A stretch of 63,845 nt of DNA, the filler included, from Rhizaria sp. SCN 62-66 (lineage: Eukaryota), in assembly GCA_001724265.1 (NCBI GenBank). It is 3 parts of 3 records of this genome, joined end to end, with 100 filler letters (N's around TTAATTAATTAA, not from the genome) between each part and the next. Parts side by side here need not be neighbours in the genome. Positions count along the whole stretch, not along the records: positions 1 to 31,061 come from MEDY01000459.1; 2 more parts are not named here. One strand, 5' to 3'. The notes beneath the pieces were generated by a model. It saw nothing but the letters and a program-made list of their open reading frames with translations, ran no database searches and was not told the DNA's origin. Position numbers and translations under genes: made by a program. This document shows positions 11,885 through 24,100 of the stretch, one piece after another (within the stretch, counting starts at the first letter, position 1; every line of letters starts with the position of its first letter).

Positions 11885-14411
11885 TTACGGGTGTTGTTGC
11901 TGTTGCTTGTTGCGGTTCGCCGCTGCCTTGCCGAGTGTCATCAGCGCGTCCTTCTCCGCGTCTGCGACCTGGAGTGCATTGCGCTCGATGATGGCTTCGG
12001 TGGAGCTCTTGGGGACCACGCGCACGCGCACGCGGCCCGAATTCTGCCGCGACAGCGCCGCCCCAGGCCCCGCAGACTGCTGCTACTGATGCTGTTGATG
12101 CTGATGCTGCTGTACACTGGGTTGCTGCTTCAGCGGCGGGGCGACGACGGTGGGTGGGGGCCGGGCCGGAACCATCCTGTCGTCAGAGCAGGCGTTGTTT
12201 TCGTTCGCCTCGTCTTCCTCGTCGTCGCCATTGTTCTCGTCGTTATCGTCGTCGCCGTTGCGCAGACTGCTGCTGCTGTTGCTGCCGTGGCCGCTGCTTT
12301 CAACGACCGGCGACGGCAGCCCCGGGAGCCCCGCGGCCCCACCCGTCTCCGGCGTCAGCGGCGGCGGCGACGGCTGCAGCCCCCATCGGGTCGCGACGAG
12401 CCCCACCGCGCCCATCTGGCCTGCGACCGCGGCGGCGACGACCTCGGTGCGTTCGGCGTCGCGCGCCTCTGCGGCCTCGCGCGCGTCGGCGGCCGCGGCG
12501 GCCAGCACCGCGGCCGAGCGCGCGACTGTGAGCCGCCGCCCGCTGCCCATGACGGCGACGGAGCCGGAGCCGGAGCCACCGTGGCCGGGGCTGGTAACGG
12601 CCTCGGTGATGCATAGAGGGCTGCCGCTGAGGATAACCGCCTCGCCGCCGCCGCCGAGGGACGCGGGGGCGGCAGCGGTGTTGGCCGCGGGCAGCGCGAC
12701 CAGGCTGAGGGGGCTGCCGGCCGCGGCGAGTGTGTTCAGAGCGAGGGGACTGCTCAGACCGTAGCCAGCGCTGTTGACAACACTCGCAACGTTGCCGCCA
12801 GCGCCAACAGTGCCGGCCCCAACAGCGGTCGCGTTCGCGCGCTTTTCGTTGTCGTTGTTGCTGTTGTAATCGCAGTTAAGCATGATGTGCTAATTCCGGC
12901 GCGCGCGCTTGGCCCGTGCGTTGTCCCAGGCCGCCTTGGCCGCGGCGGCGGCGCGCGCGTTCTCCTCCTGCTCCAACAGCTGCATGTTGGTGTTGAACGC
13001 CTCCATGACAAAGCCCATAAAGACGGGCATGAAGATGAGGTAGATGAGCGAGCGGAACGCTGTGATGAAGGCCTCGCCGACCCACCCGCGCACCACGGTC
13101 GCGGGCCCAATGAGCATCGTCCACCAGTTGGCCATAGCGATGATCGACCCGGTCAGAATGGCCTGCGGCAAGGACTCAAAGGACATGACGCCGCGATGCG
13201 GCAGCCACTCGCCGCAGCAGCGCGCGTCGTCGAGCGCGGCCACGCGCGTGGGGTCGAGCTGTGGCCCGCCCAGCAAGTCAACTGCGATGAGCGCGAAGGC
13301 GAAGATCAAGAACAGGAAAACCAGCGCGACGCCGGCGAGCGCGGGAAAGACGCGGCCCACGGTCTTGAAGAAGCGCGTGGCGCCCGTGGTCAGCGACAGC
13401 ATGCGCAGCACGCGGACTGAACGCGCGGCCAGGATGAGGTGCATCTGCGACAGCAGCGAGGGCGCAGCGTGCGCCAGAACGCCGCCGGTGACCGAGACGA
13501 ACGTGACGATGAAGTCGATGCGGTTCATGCCGCGCGCCCAGAAGCGCTTGAGCCCGAGCGCCCAGAGCTTCACGGCAACTTCAACAAGGAAGAGCCCACG
13601 CAGGGCTAGCGACACGGCGCCCCAGGGCGTGCGCTCGTAGGCGAAGGGATCAAACGGCGGCAGACCTGCGGCGACGCGGGCGCGCGTGAACATCGCGTAG
13701 TCGTACAGCTGCGCACACAACAAAAGCAGGAACGGAAACAGCACCACGTCCGACAGGCGCACGCTCGTTGCCGCGTCAGTGACGGCCGCAGCGGCGACCG
13801 CGGCGGCCTGGGCGTCGGCGCTGAGCGAGGACGACACGTCGAGCCCGTCCAGCAGTGCGCCGGCGCGGCTGGCGCGCGCGCGGCAGCGGCAGCGCAGGAG
13901 GTCGCTGGGTTGCACGCGCAGCTGCAGCCAGCGGCGCACGGCGCGGCGTGTGCGCGCGCGGCCGCGAGGGCCGCCGCAGCAGGTGCCGCAGCAAGTGCGC
14001 GACTGCTGCCGCTGACGACGACTCGCGGTGCCGTCCCTGTCGGGGTTCACGGCGCCGCTATCGTTGTTGGCGTTCAGTGGCTGCGTGAGCGGGTTTTCGC
14101 CGTTTGCGCCGCCGCCAGCGGCGCCGGGAACGGGTGACATCGGAGAGGCGTACATGAGGGACGCGAGTCCGCTGCCGCCGCCGCCGCTTGTCATGACGGC
14201 GAGCTCGTACGTCGCGGCAGCGGCGGCCGCGGCGTCGGCGTCGTCAGCGTCGTTGTCAGCAAGCACACGCTCCTCGGCGTCCACCCACGACACGCTGGAG
14301 TCAACGCCGCCGCCGTCGCCCTGATCACCGCCGCGGCGGCGACCGTCGCCGGCGCCGCCGTCCTCGGGATCGAGGTCGTGGCCTGCGCCGTCGTAGTCGC
14401 CGTCAAAGCCA

Positions 14412-14442
<31 letters not shown>

Positions 14443-16732
14443 TGTTGTCGCCGTTGCCGCCGCCGTTGCTGGTATCGGACTCTGTGATCACTTCGACCGT
14501 GGCCTCGGAGCAGAGGCGGCAGACGAGCTTGAACGTGGTCAGCGACACCCCCACCGCCGCGAACGGCGCCAAGCGGTCCGACAACACAAACGCACCAGTG
14601 CCAGTCGCAGTCGTAGCTGCAGTCGCGTTTGAATGCACGCCACTACTGACAGAGCTCTTTGCGTTGCCACTGGCATTTGCAAAGCCGGTGAGCGAGGCAG
14701 TGTTCCTCGCAGCGTCACTGTTTGCACCCGCATTTGGATTTACGGTCGCGTTGCGGGAGCGCTGCGCCGCCGCCGAGATGTCCCGGTCGAGCTTGGCGTC
14801 GACATCGCGCAGCAGCGCCAGCGCCGCCGCAGAGGTGAGGGCGGGCGCCAGCACATTGAGCACGCGCAGCACCACGGGCAGCGACACAAATGGCTCAGAG
14901 TCACTCCCGTTGCCGCTCGCAGCAGCAGCCGTGGCAGTGGCTGTGTTAGAGTTGGTGAGCAAGCGGTGCGAGAGCTTGCCGAGCAACGCATGCGTCAGTG
15001 CGAGCCCGTCACGGCGAATGAGCACGCGCCCCTCTGCGTCGGCCTTGACCGAGGCGCGGTAGTTGCGGTACGCCAGCCCCGTCATGACTGAGACGAAGAA
15101 GACGTTGAAGAGGAAGGCGAACGCGGCGAGGTAGGAGGGCGCCCACATGACGCCCGCGCCGCCGCCGGAGGATGCCTCGGGCGTGGCGTAGGGGGACACG
15201 ACCTGCAACAAGCGGGTGGGCGACACGTGCGCCATGAACATGTAGTACAGCGCGTCGGGCAGCGAGTCGAATGCGTTGTGGAAGAGCGGCGACGGCGCGG
15301 GCGTCTTGGGCGAATACGAGGCAAACACGAGGAAGCCGAAGAAGGCAAAGAAGCAGAGCACGAATGCGTTGATGAGCAGGCGGTGCGCGATCGCGGCCAT
15401 GGCGCGGCCGAACGCCGTCAGCACGGACCGCAGCCTGCGCATGCGCGAGATGAGCAGCAGAAGCCGCAGCGGGCGGGACAAGCGGACGTAGCGGCCTGCG
15501 CCCCCGTCGTCGTCCGCGGCGCGGGTGGGTGGGGCCGTGGTGCGCGCGGTGGCGAGGGTGACCGTGAGCATGACCAGGTCCGCCAGTAGCAGCAGCACGC
15601 AGAGCGCGCGGCAGATCGCCCAGGGCCGCAGCGGCAGCACCCACGGCGACACGTCGGGCTCGGCGGTCATCGCGGCTGCAGCAGCGCTGTCGTTTGCAGG
15701 GGCGAACTTGCCGTCGCGCCTTGTGGCCGCGGCTGCGGCGTAACCGGCGCGCGTACGGGCCCATACGCGCTGCTCCTCCGCGCGCCGCAGCGAGGCCGCG
15801 CCGTGTGAGTGCTCGAAGCGCGCGAGCGCGCGGGCCCACGCGGGCGCGCGCGCGCACGGCAGCGGCAGCAGCGCGGGCGGGGAGGGGAACTCGAGGGCGT
15901 GGCGGAAGCGTGCGCGCAGACTGAAGTCGGGCACAAAGGACAGCTGAGACGCGGCGGACGCGGCTGCAGCGTCGGCAGACGTAGATGGGTCACTGGTGCT
16001 GCTGTTGTTGTTGTTCGCAGTTGTGATAAGTGACAGCGAGGCGAGAGAGCTGCCATTACTCGTCGCATCGTTTGAACTGGTGGAAAGGTTAGCAGCTGTG
16101 TTGCTGTCAGAGCTGCTGCTGTGCGGGTGCGTGGGGTAAAGCGCCTTGGAAGCACGCGCGAGCGCCGGCGAGGGCCGCTGGAACAGGCAGCGCGGCCCCG
16201 TTTGCACCTTAAAGGCCAACACCAAGTCCAAGATGTAGACGGTGATGAAGAGGTACTCGAATGCAACAAACAGCCAAGGCGCCGGGCCATACAGCGCGCC
16301 GTCGTCGCCCGCGGACGCGAAGGGGAACTCGAGGAACGCGAGCGCGATGTGCGCGATGCAGACGGCGGCGACGAAGTGCTTCCAGCGGCTCATGTGGAAG
16401 AGGCGGTAGAGCTTGACCTGGTGCGGCGACACTGCTTCGGGACACAGAGCCAGCAGAGGGTCAACACGGCGCGAGTGCAGGGCGTCGTTCAGAACGATGC
16501 ATGCAATGTCGAAGTACGCGGGCGCGTGTTCGGCGTCGCTTGAATCTGACGGCTTGGTGTTAGGAGCAGTAGCAGCCGCAGCAGCAGCGCTGCCTGTGTT
16601 CAGGCCGAAGCCGCTGTTGGAGGGGGGTCTACGGACATTCTTCGTCTGCGTTGGGCTCGCGGGGACGTCGTCCATGCGAACATATGGAGTCTCTTTCGAC
16701 AGAGACAGTGGGGAGCTCTCCGAGCTGCTCAT
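11885..16732 (-). CDS. Two-pore channel (2x6TM voltage-gated ion channel family), ~1615 aa if two in-frame TAG are read as sense
   Basis: Two Ion_trans repeats with S4 segments RLSRPLRLLLLISRMRRLR and AARSVRVLRML, plus pore helices after FDSLPDAL and SFESLPQAI. The frame continues through TAG at 12892-12890 and 12085-12083 to TAA at 11887-11885. Confidence 0.82.
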
Positions 16733-18491
16733 GACAGTCAGGATCAAGAGGCAGGAGAAAGCAGCTGCTTTCGGAACTGGAGCCACTGCGCGCGCAGCAC
16801 ACTAAAACTGAAAAGCGAGAAGAGCTACAGTAAAAATAGCATTTGCAGCACGGTTAGATAAGATGTTATTAGTTACAAAATAATGGTCATCATTTGCATT
16901 GACGATTGAATAATGGCTGTGTGTGCAGTTTTTTTGTGTCGCATTTGGTCGAGCCTGGTGAGGGGCGAAGAGGCGCTTGTTGACTGCCACTTGAACATCG
17001 GACACCTCGTTGATGCCAAGATACAATTGGCCGTTTCAGATTAAAACAAGTTACGAATGAAATTGTGATGTTCGACAATGTGTATACGAAAATATATACC
17101 TTCACCATTGAGAACTGACAGCTGCAACGCCGCCGCTCTCAGCCATATGTTAATAAAAATCATGCACATGAGTTCTGACAAGAATCATTGGCAACGAGCA
17201 CTTGTCGTGCGACGTCTTCAGCGTTTTTTTAGCACGGAGAAGTCGTCCTGGAGCATCTCTATGAGTACGAGTTGCTTTCGAATGCTGTCACATGTGTACT
17301 GACGCCGCAACTTGCGAGCGCGGAAGACCACAGAGCAAACTCAAACAGAACTGCAAGCCAATTTGTGATGTAGATTGCCCTGTCTGTCTCACAACCGACA
17401 ATATTGACAGTTTATAATTGCTACATGTTGTCCCTTACGGCACTTTGCATACACTCCCACAATCTGGATGATATAGAAGGCTTACTCAGTGGACCAGCAA
17501 GCAAGGGCTGCGAGGACGAAAAGGACAAGAGTCGGCGCGAAGAAACAGCTCCTAAGGGAGTCCCAAGCGCTTTGTCGCCATCGTCATCGGACTGGAGACG
17601 CTGCGTGCAATCGTCGAAGCGTTTGTGAACATCCCTGCGCGAGATCTTGACTGACAGAATACGAGCCACACATCTCGTGTGGGAGCGATGATGCACTTCG
17701 GTCAAAGCCAAGAAGTGATCGTGAAAGGAAGAAGCATGATTGTTTGGGATTGTGGAGAAGATGTGGCACTTTACACTACTTGGACAACCAACGTAATTAT
17801 GCAAAGATGCGCATCTGGAAACATTAGCTGCTGGAGCAAAGCGAAGACGAGCACCTATGAAAAAAGATGTACGCCTTCGAAGCCTCGTATGCCTCAAATA
17901 GAGCAAATCGCGTTCAAATCAGCGCGACAAGTTACCCTCCGCAGAATATTAGTCCCACGCACATTTTCCGCACGGGAATGCAAGATTACCTTGCTTGTGA
18001 GGATGAAAAGGATTCAGAAGACCCGATGCAGACCTCTGTAACATTCATAACTTGTTTATCACGCCTGGATTATATGTTCCCAACGCGTCTCGTGACTATT
18101 TTCTGTGTATTGTGCGCCAGAAGCTCCCAATGCACCCTGGCGACGTGACGACTTTTGCACTTGACAACACACGCGTTCATCACGTCGACACCAGTCAGCC
18201 TCTAATATAGGTATGTTGCGTCAATACTGTGTGTCTTCCACCTTATTCACGCTGCCTTAACCCGGTTGAGATTTTGTTAATGAAGGATGATGAGCATAGA
18301 CAGCAGCACTCGCTAACAAACCCGCCCACACGCCACCAGACAAGGTCCAAGTCCTTAAACTCCTGAAGACGTGATCGGGAACATATCAGTAGAGACAATG
18401 ATGTCAACTCTTTGTTTGTCACACGTGCACATAGGTGCATGCGTTTTGTTCATCGAGGGATGAGATCGCGCTTCTCTCAGAGGTTGTTTGT

Positions 18492-19754
18492 GGCAAAAAT
18501 ATCCGTGGCTAAAATATCCGTAGTTGACATGGTGGTGGAAATTGATTTTGTAATACAATTGGATTGATACATATATATTTATTGATGAAATCTGTGAAAA
18601 TAAATGAATATGTGAACTATATATTTGATTATCAATTCTCGGCCTTAAAAAAACTCGATTAGCACGTGGAAGTCTTTACTTACTGTTTTCTGCCTGCTTA
18701 GCATTGGCTTTATCAATTGCCGCTGACACCAGCTGCAAGTGCGTGTGAAGCGACAGACTGTACTCGTTGTCGGGCATAACCTCCCGAGTGTCAGAGTTGT
18801 AAGCAATGTAGCCATAGGCGCTGGGCACGTTCACCGGGAGATCTTCAATTGTGATAAACGACGTGCAGACGTAGGAGCCAAACGTGTTGATGCATATTGA
18901 TTGTAAACCATAAAGCGCCGCACAATTAATTGTTGAAAACATCCTCCCCTGCAGCTGCCTTAGCAATAAACTTCTGGCTGTGCCGATAGAAGTTGACAAA
19001 ATGTCCTTTTTGAGCTCCTCGGTGATGAAGCACAGCGCCGCAGCGCCCTCTAATAGAAAAGGCGGGTTTTAAGACTTTTTTTTTACAACCCGCCTTTTCT
19101 ATTACTGCTTATACGGTGGGAGGTACTTCCACTGAATATTATTTTGCTTTATCACCATGGTCACCTCTCGTACGAGGGCCGTCTTGTGAAAAGCAACGTT
19201 GTCCACCCAAGAAGGCTCGTGACGCAAGCCACTTATCTATTAATACAAGCTAAACGCCATCAAATTTGTGTAGATCGCATGCTCATAACGCCGTGACCTT
19301 AGAAGACAGCGTGCAAGGATCACTCACAACAAAGAGAGGCTTGAGTAATCTGCCCTTGCTGGACGTGCTGTCTGTTACTGAGGGCCGTATGCGCTCCCCA
19401 GAGAACAACATGGCAGCCATCTCGCGCGTAAACGAGCTCATAAGCCACTCTAGCGCCCACTGGCTCCCTGCTGCAGAACATGCTTCTGCAGCTGCTCCGT
19501 CGCACCCAACAGTGCCTCTCCCACCTGTGTAGGCAAGGCAGAAAACAGTAAAGAGTATTAATACCACATGGTAATCGGGTTTTTATAGGCCGAGAATTGA
19601 TAATTAAATATATAATTCACATATTCATGTAGTCTAACAAATTTCATCAATAAATATAAACGTATCAATCCAATTGTATGACAAAATCAATTTCCACAGC
19701 AAATTTGTTTGGTCAACTACGGATATTTTAGCTGTGGCTACTTATATTTTTGCC
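18492..19754. mobile_element. Non-autonomous long-TIR element (Mutator/foldback-like), ~1.26 kb
   Basis: Imperfect ~200-bp AT-rich inverted repeats at 18492-18695 and 19536-19754. They include an exact 21-bp match (GCTAAAATATCCGTAGTTGAC, 18508-18528 vs 19712-19732), and both termini begin GGCAAAAATAT. No transposase and no clear TSD. Confidence 0.75.
19051..19104. repeat. 54-bp hairpin (perfect 18-bp inverted repeat)
   Basis: TAATAGAAAAGGCGGGTT (19051-19068) pairs with AACCCGCCTTTTCTATTA (19087-19104). It extends to 22 bp with one mismatch around a T-rich loop. Confidence 0.85.
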
Positions 19755-19886
19755 CGCAGTTAGTATTGATCGATGTCGCAGACTGGAACTGCTGTTTGTT
19801 ACCGCCGACATTTAGCATAAAATACCAAGTCTCATAGGCTCACACTGGGGCAAACACCACCCACGGTCGTTTCGGTGTGGGTATAA

Positions 19887-20095
19887 AAAGGTGGCGTTCT
19901 CCTGTGAACATAGACTTCTGTTTTGTACATGTATATTAATAAACACAGAGAAAACAATTTATGATATCATTTTGTACACATTTACATACATATAATTCGA
20001 ATTATATACTTGGTTCTTATTGTTTTCATAGAAAAGAGAGTCTGTGTTCTGTTCACAGGAAAACGAAGTGTGTATACACAAGAAACGCCACCTTT
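19887..20095. mobile_element. MITE-like inverted-repeat element (~210 bp)
   Basis: AAAGGTGGCGTT (19887-19898) pairs with AACGCCACCTTT (20084-20095), and imperfect pairing continues inward. An 18-bp perfect palindrome ATATAATTCGAATTATAT (19990-20007) lies near the centre. Confidence 0.55.
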
Positions 20096-21118
20096 AAATC
20101 GCGACCGGCAAAAGCTGTCGACTGGAATTTTATGCAGAATGTCGACGGCGACGGTAACACTGTTGAATAGCTGTTCTAGCTATGAGATTGTGTCGACAAC
20201 AAACAAGATGAACAAGAATGAATAAAATAACAGTGTAGCAATAAATCACAAAGAGGTTAGGATTAGAAGAACTCTAACAAGGCGAAGACCTAGCTGACCA
20301 GGTCTCTTTAGATACAGTACACTTCTTCTTCGTTTTACGAGACGAAGCAGCACGTCTTCTTCTTCGCCACCCCTCATCTCTCCTGGATTTGTGAAGTGCC
20401 ACGACGCGAACATGCCATTTATGAGCTCCGTTTTTACATAGCATGCTGTAAACGTCATTTTCTTTCTAATATCATGCGTCTAGCTTGCGCACACGTATTA
20501 TTGGGTTGGTCCTGCATCTGAAAGTTTGCTCTCCCTCGAGTAATCTTCCCTTCTGCTTCAAAAGCTGTTGCCTTACTTCCCTTACGTGCGTCATTGTGAC
20601 GCGAAGAGAGAGCGTTGAAACGATGCTTGAAAACGGCATGATGTGTGTCAGATTCCCTCGATGTGGCTATATTCTGATATCTACAACCTTTATTGTGTAG
20701 CATCATGCGCAAAACCCGCTCACGCACCTCTCCTGACATTGCCTTGCCAAGTATTTCAACGACAACAAACGACAACAGCTGACGACAAGGAAGGTAACCA
20801 CCGCCTACCGCCTGCAATTGTTCTATTTGTATAGTATTGGCACACAGGCACGTGCCCTTATCTCCGCAACTGTTGGAAATACTCCGACTGCGTTTAGCTC
20901 GTCCCTGCTCGCCTCACGCGCTCCATAGCTGTCGAGCTGCTGCATCGCACAGCGTCACAGCTCGGCAATGCCTGCGATTTCCGTTCCCTCATTGTTCTTT
21001 TTGGGGGGTGTTGAAGCCAATGGAGCCTGCACCGCAGCTTCAGGGACAGCAGTAACGCCGGCTCGTTCTTGCTCGCCATCGTCTTGTCGTAATCTCAACT
21101 TCAATAGTAACAGAACAG

Positions 21119-24100
21119 GAACACAAGCGCTCTTGCGCTTCCCGCATCTCTTGCTCTTCTCCTCCTGTTCTTGGCAGCCTTTTGCACCGCTCTGCATACG
21201 TTCTCGATCGGCAGCGACCGCTCCGCCTCGACTGTGCCATTCCGCGTCGTCCTCAGCTCGCTCGACTCCGGTGATACTGCGCTGGAGCTACAGCAGCTCT
21301 CGTCGGACAAGCTCAACGTCCTTTTTATCAAAGGCTCGCTCACTAACTGTCGCATTGAGATGTAGACGCTGCTGGTGACGATCGTTGGCGTCACCACGAG
21401 TGCTGAAGCTGATATCTTGACTGTGCGCTCGTTAGTGACGCTGAACATCGCGACCATCCCGCTTTCGTGCCGCGTCACGCTGCACCCCGCGCTGGCGCCA
21501 ACCACGTTCACGGCGGTTATGAACACGTCTTTCAGTGGAACCGCGCTCGCTACGGACACGGTGACGTTCATGGTCACCGCCCCGCACTTCATGAACACGC
21601 CCTACAACAGTAAGGTATTTTACGAGAACCAGTGGCTTGGCAAGAGCGAGAACTTCATCCTCCCGTTCCGCTACTCCGGCGACATAAAGCTCACCGCATC
21701 CGTGCTCGGCGCCGCTGATTTTGTCTTGACGCTCAGTTCCACAGCCCCGGTCATGTTCAACAGCAGCAACGTGTAGTGCTTTCTCGACTACCGGCCGCTG
21801 CTCAACAACGTTCTCATGCTCAGCTTGTCCAGCATCGCGAGCGGCGGGCTAATGGTGTTCATGAACATCCCCACGAACGCAATCACCGTCCGCATTCCCG
21901 ACGCGTACACCGGCATCCTCACCTGCAAGGCGCCGTGGCGCTCGCTGACCGAGACCGTCGTGGTCGCGAGCACACTCTTCACAATCACCCCGGGACTTAG
22001 GTTCGGCGCGTCCCAGATCTCCGGCCCGTCGTGCACGCTCGACACCGTAGCGTCATCCACCAGCGACGGCTGGCTCGTCACGTCTACCAATGGCGCGCAG
22101 ACGTGGGCCGCCACCGACTACGGGTTGCGAGGCACCGCCGTGGGCAACATTGACCTGGGCATCGTCCGCGGCAACAGCACGGAGACGTACCGCGGCTCCC
22201 CGCGCTCCTTCTGCACCGTCAGCGCGCGGCCCGCCGCCGCCGCGAGCTCCCCCGTTGCCAACGGCGGCGGCGTGGCCGCGGCGCTGGTGCAGCCCGTGGA
22301 TCCGCTGACTATTCTCTCGACTGGGTATTGCCGCATCCCTTTCGCGAGCCTGCGCATCTACGGCGCCAGCGACGTTCTGTCCTCGGGGGTTGTGCTTGTG
22401 GTATCGATGTACGTCGCCGACGCGCCAACGGAGCTGACCACCATCAGCACGCTCGGCTTTGTCAACGGATGGATCTCAAGGACAATTACGATCTCACAGG
22501 TAGGTGTACTCACGAGTGCGCGATGAAAGTGGCGTTTTGTTTTTAGCTCTGTGTGCCGCTATATAATGCTTTTATGACAGTATTTTTATGCTTGATCATA
22601 TATATTCTATGTCGATATATTTTTTCTTAATCACATCTCACGCTATCGTTCTCGTTTACACGATTTCATGTTTTTTAGGCGTTCACGATGACAGCCATGA
22701 ATTTCTCCCCGACCGTGGCGTCCATCTCGTCCTTTACGCCCCGCGGCATGTACCAGCCGCACCGCGCCTCGTCGCCCTTTCTTCTGTCGCAGAACATCAA
22801 CTTCACGGTCCCGCTGCAGGACTGGTACTCGCTGCGCCCCCAGCTGCCGCTGTCCGTCTCGTCCGCGCGCCCGGCCCCGCGCCCGCGCCCGCGCTACCTG
22901 CAGGCTACGGCTGCCGCCGCCGCGGCGGGGCCCCGTCAGTCGGCCACGTCATCCTCGCTCTCGGGCCAGTACTCGTTCTTCTTCGGCGGCATCGCGCTGC
23001 AAACGTACCCGCTCGCGTCGCCCACCGCGGACCCTTTTGTGGAGCCCGCGCTGCTGTCGGACCTGTGGATGGTCGACGTGCTGGCCAACACCACGACGTT
23101 GCTGCACGGCGACCCCGCGCTGGTGAGGCTGCCCGCCGGGCTCGGTGCCACGGGCTCGCCGACCGTGGGCGTGTACGCATCGACGCTGCGGCCCGCCGCG
23201 CGGCACTCGGCCTCGCTGGCGTACGACCCCACGACGCGCATCCTGTGGCTCTTCGGCGGCGCATACTACCCCATAATCGCCGGCAACGCCGATAAACAGG
23301 CGTTCTTTGATGACATGTGGTCGTTCAGCCTTGACCGCCGGCAGTGGGCGTGGTGGTCTGGATCCACGGAAGCCAAGACCAGGCCCGTCACGAACTTCAC
23401 TATCACGACCAACCCCTCACCCACGGCTGGCGCGGCCATCGCGGCGTACGGGGGACAAATTGTGATTTATGGCGGTACGTTATAGGAATCGCAAACCAGA
23501 ACAACTACAACGATAATATTGTCCTTCGACAAACTTAGGTCTGACTACTCTCGCTGCGACTTTTTTGTGATGTCCTATTTCGCATTTCTTGACTAACTAT
23601 CGTCGGTTTGAACTGGATCAATATCTCTCACAAACTCCCTTCATTGTAGGCTACGCACTCGCGTCAACTGCCATCACCACCGGATACAACCCCGTCGTTG
23701 AGACGGACTTTGTCTTTTTGGCCGTGGTTGCCGGCGCCACCGTTATGTCGTGGCAGCGCCTGGCGGGCGCTATCTCGGTTATCGACAACACGATTCCGTC
23801 CCGCGGCGGCCCCGATGTGCCGGCCGCCCGCGCCTACGCATCGCTGGTCTGGGAGACGCACAACAACGCGGGGGCCGGCTCATCTCTGCTCATGTACGGC
23901 GGCTCGGTCAACGCGCTGCCGCTCACTCTGCCGCCGGGGACTGTGACCGTGAACACGACTCTGCGAACGGCGCCGGGGACGGAGAACGACTCGGGCGTTC
24001 TGGCGGGGCTCTGGCAGTTCTCACTCACCTTGACCCGGTGGACGCGGCTCGACGCCGCGTTCCCCGCCCCGACCGCGGGCGACCGTGGGCAGCCGCGGCT

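Noticed and set aside
2953-11887. Ciliate-type code with both TAA and TAG = Gln everywhere
   Set aside because: TAA ends APIP, the YbaK protein, DDI1, the channel and the 83-aa gene at plausible C-termini, generally followed by AT-richer UTR-like sequence.
17400-18150. Short ORFs at 17.4-18.1 kb and 20.2-20.8 kb as genes
   Set aside because: Non-host codon usage, interrupted frames and no recognisable domains. Possibly degenerate repeats but unsupported.
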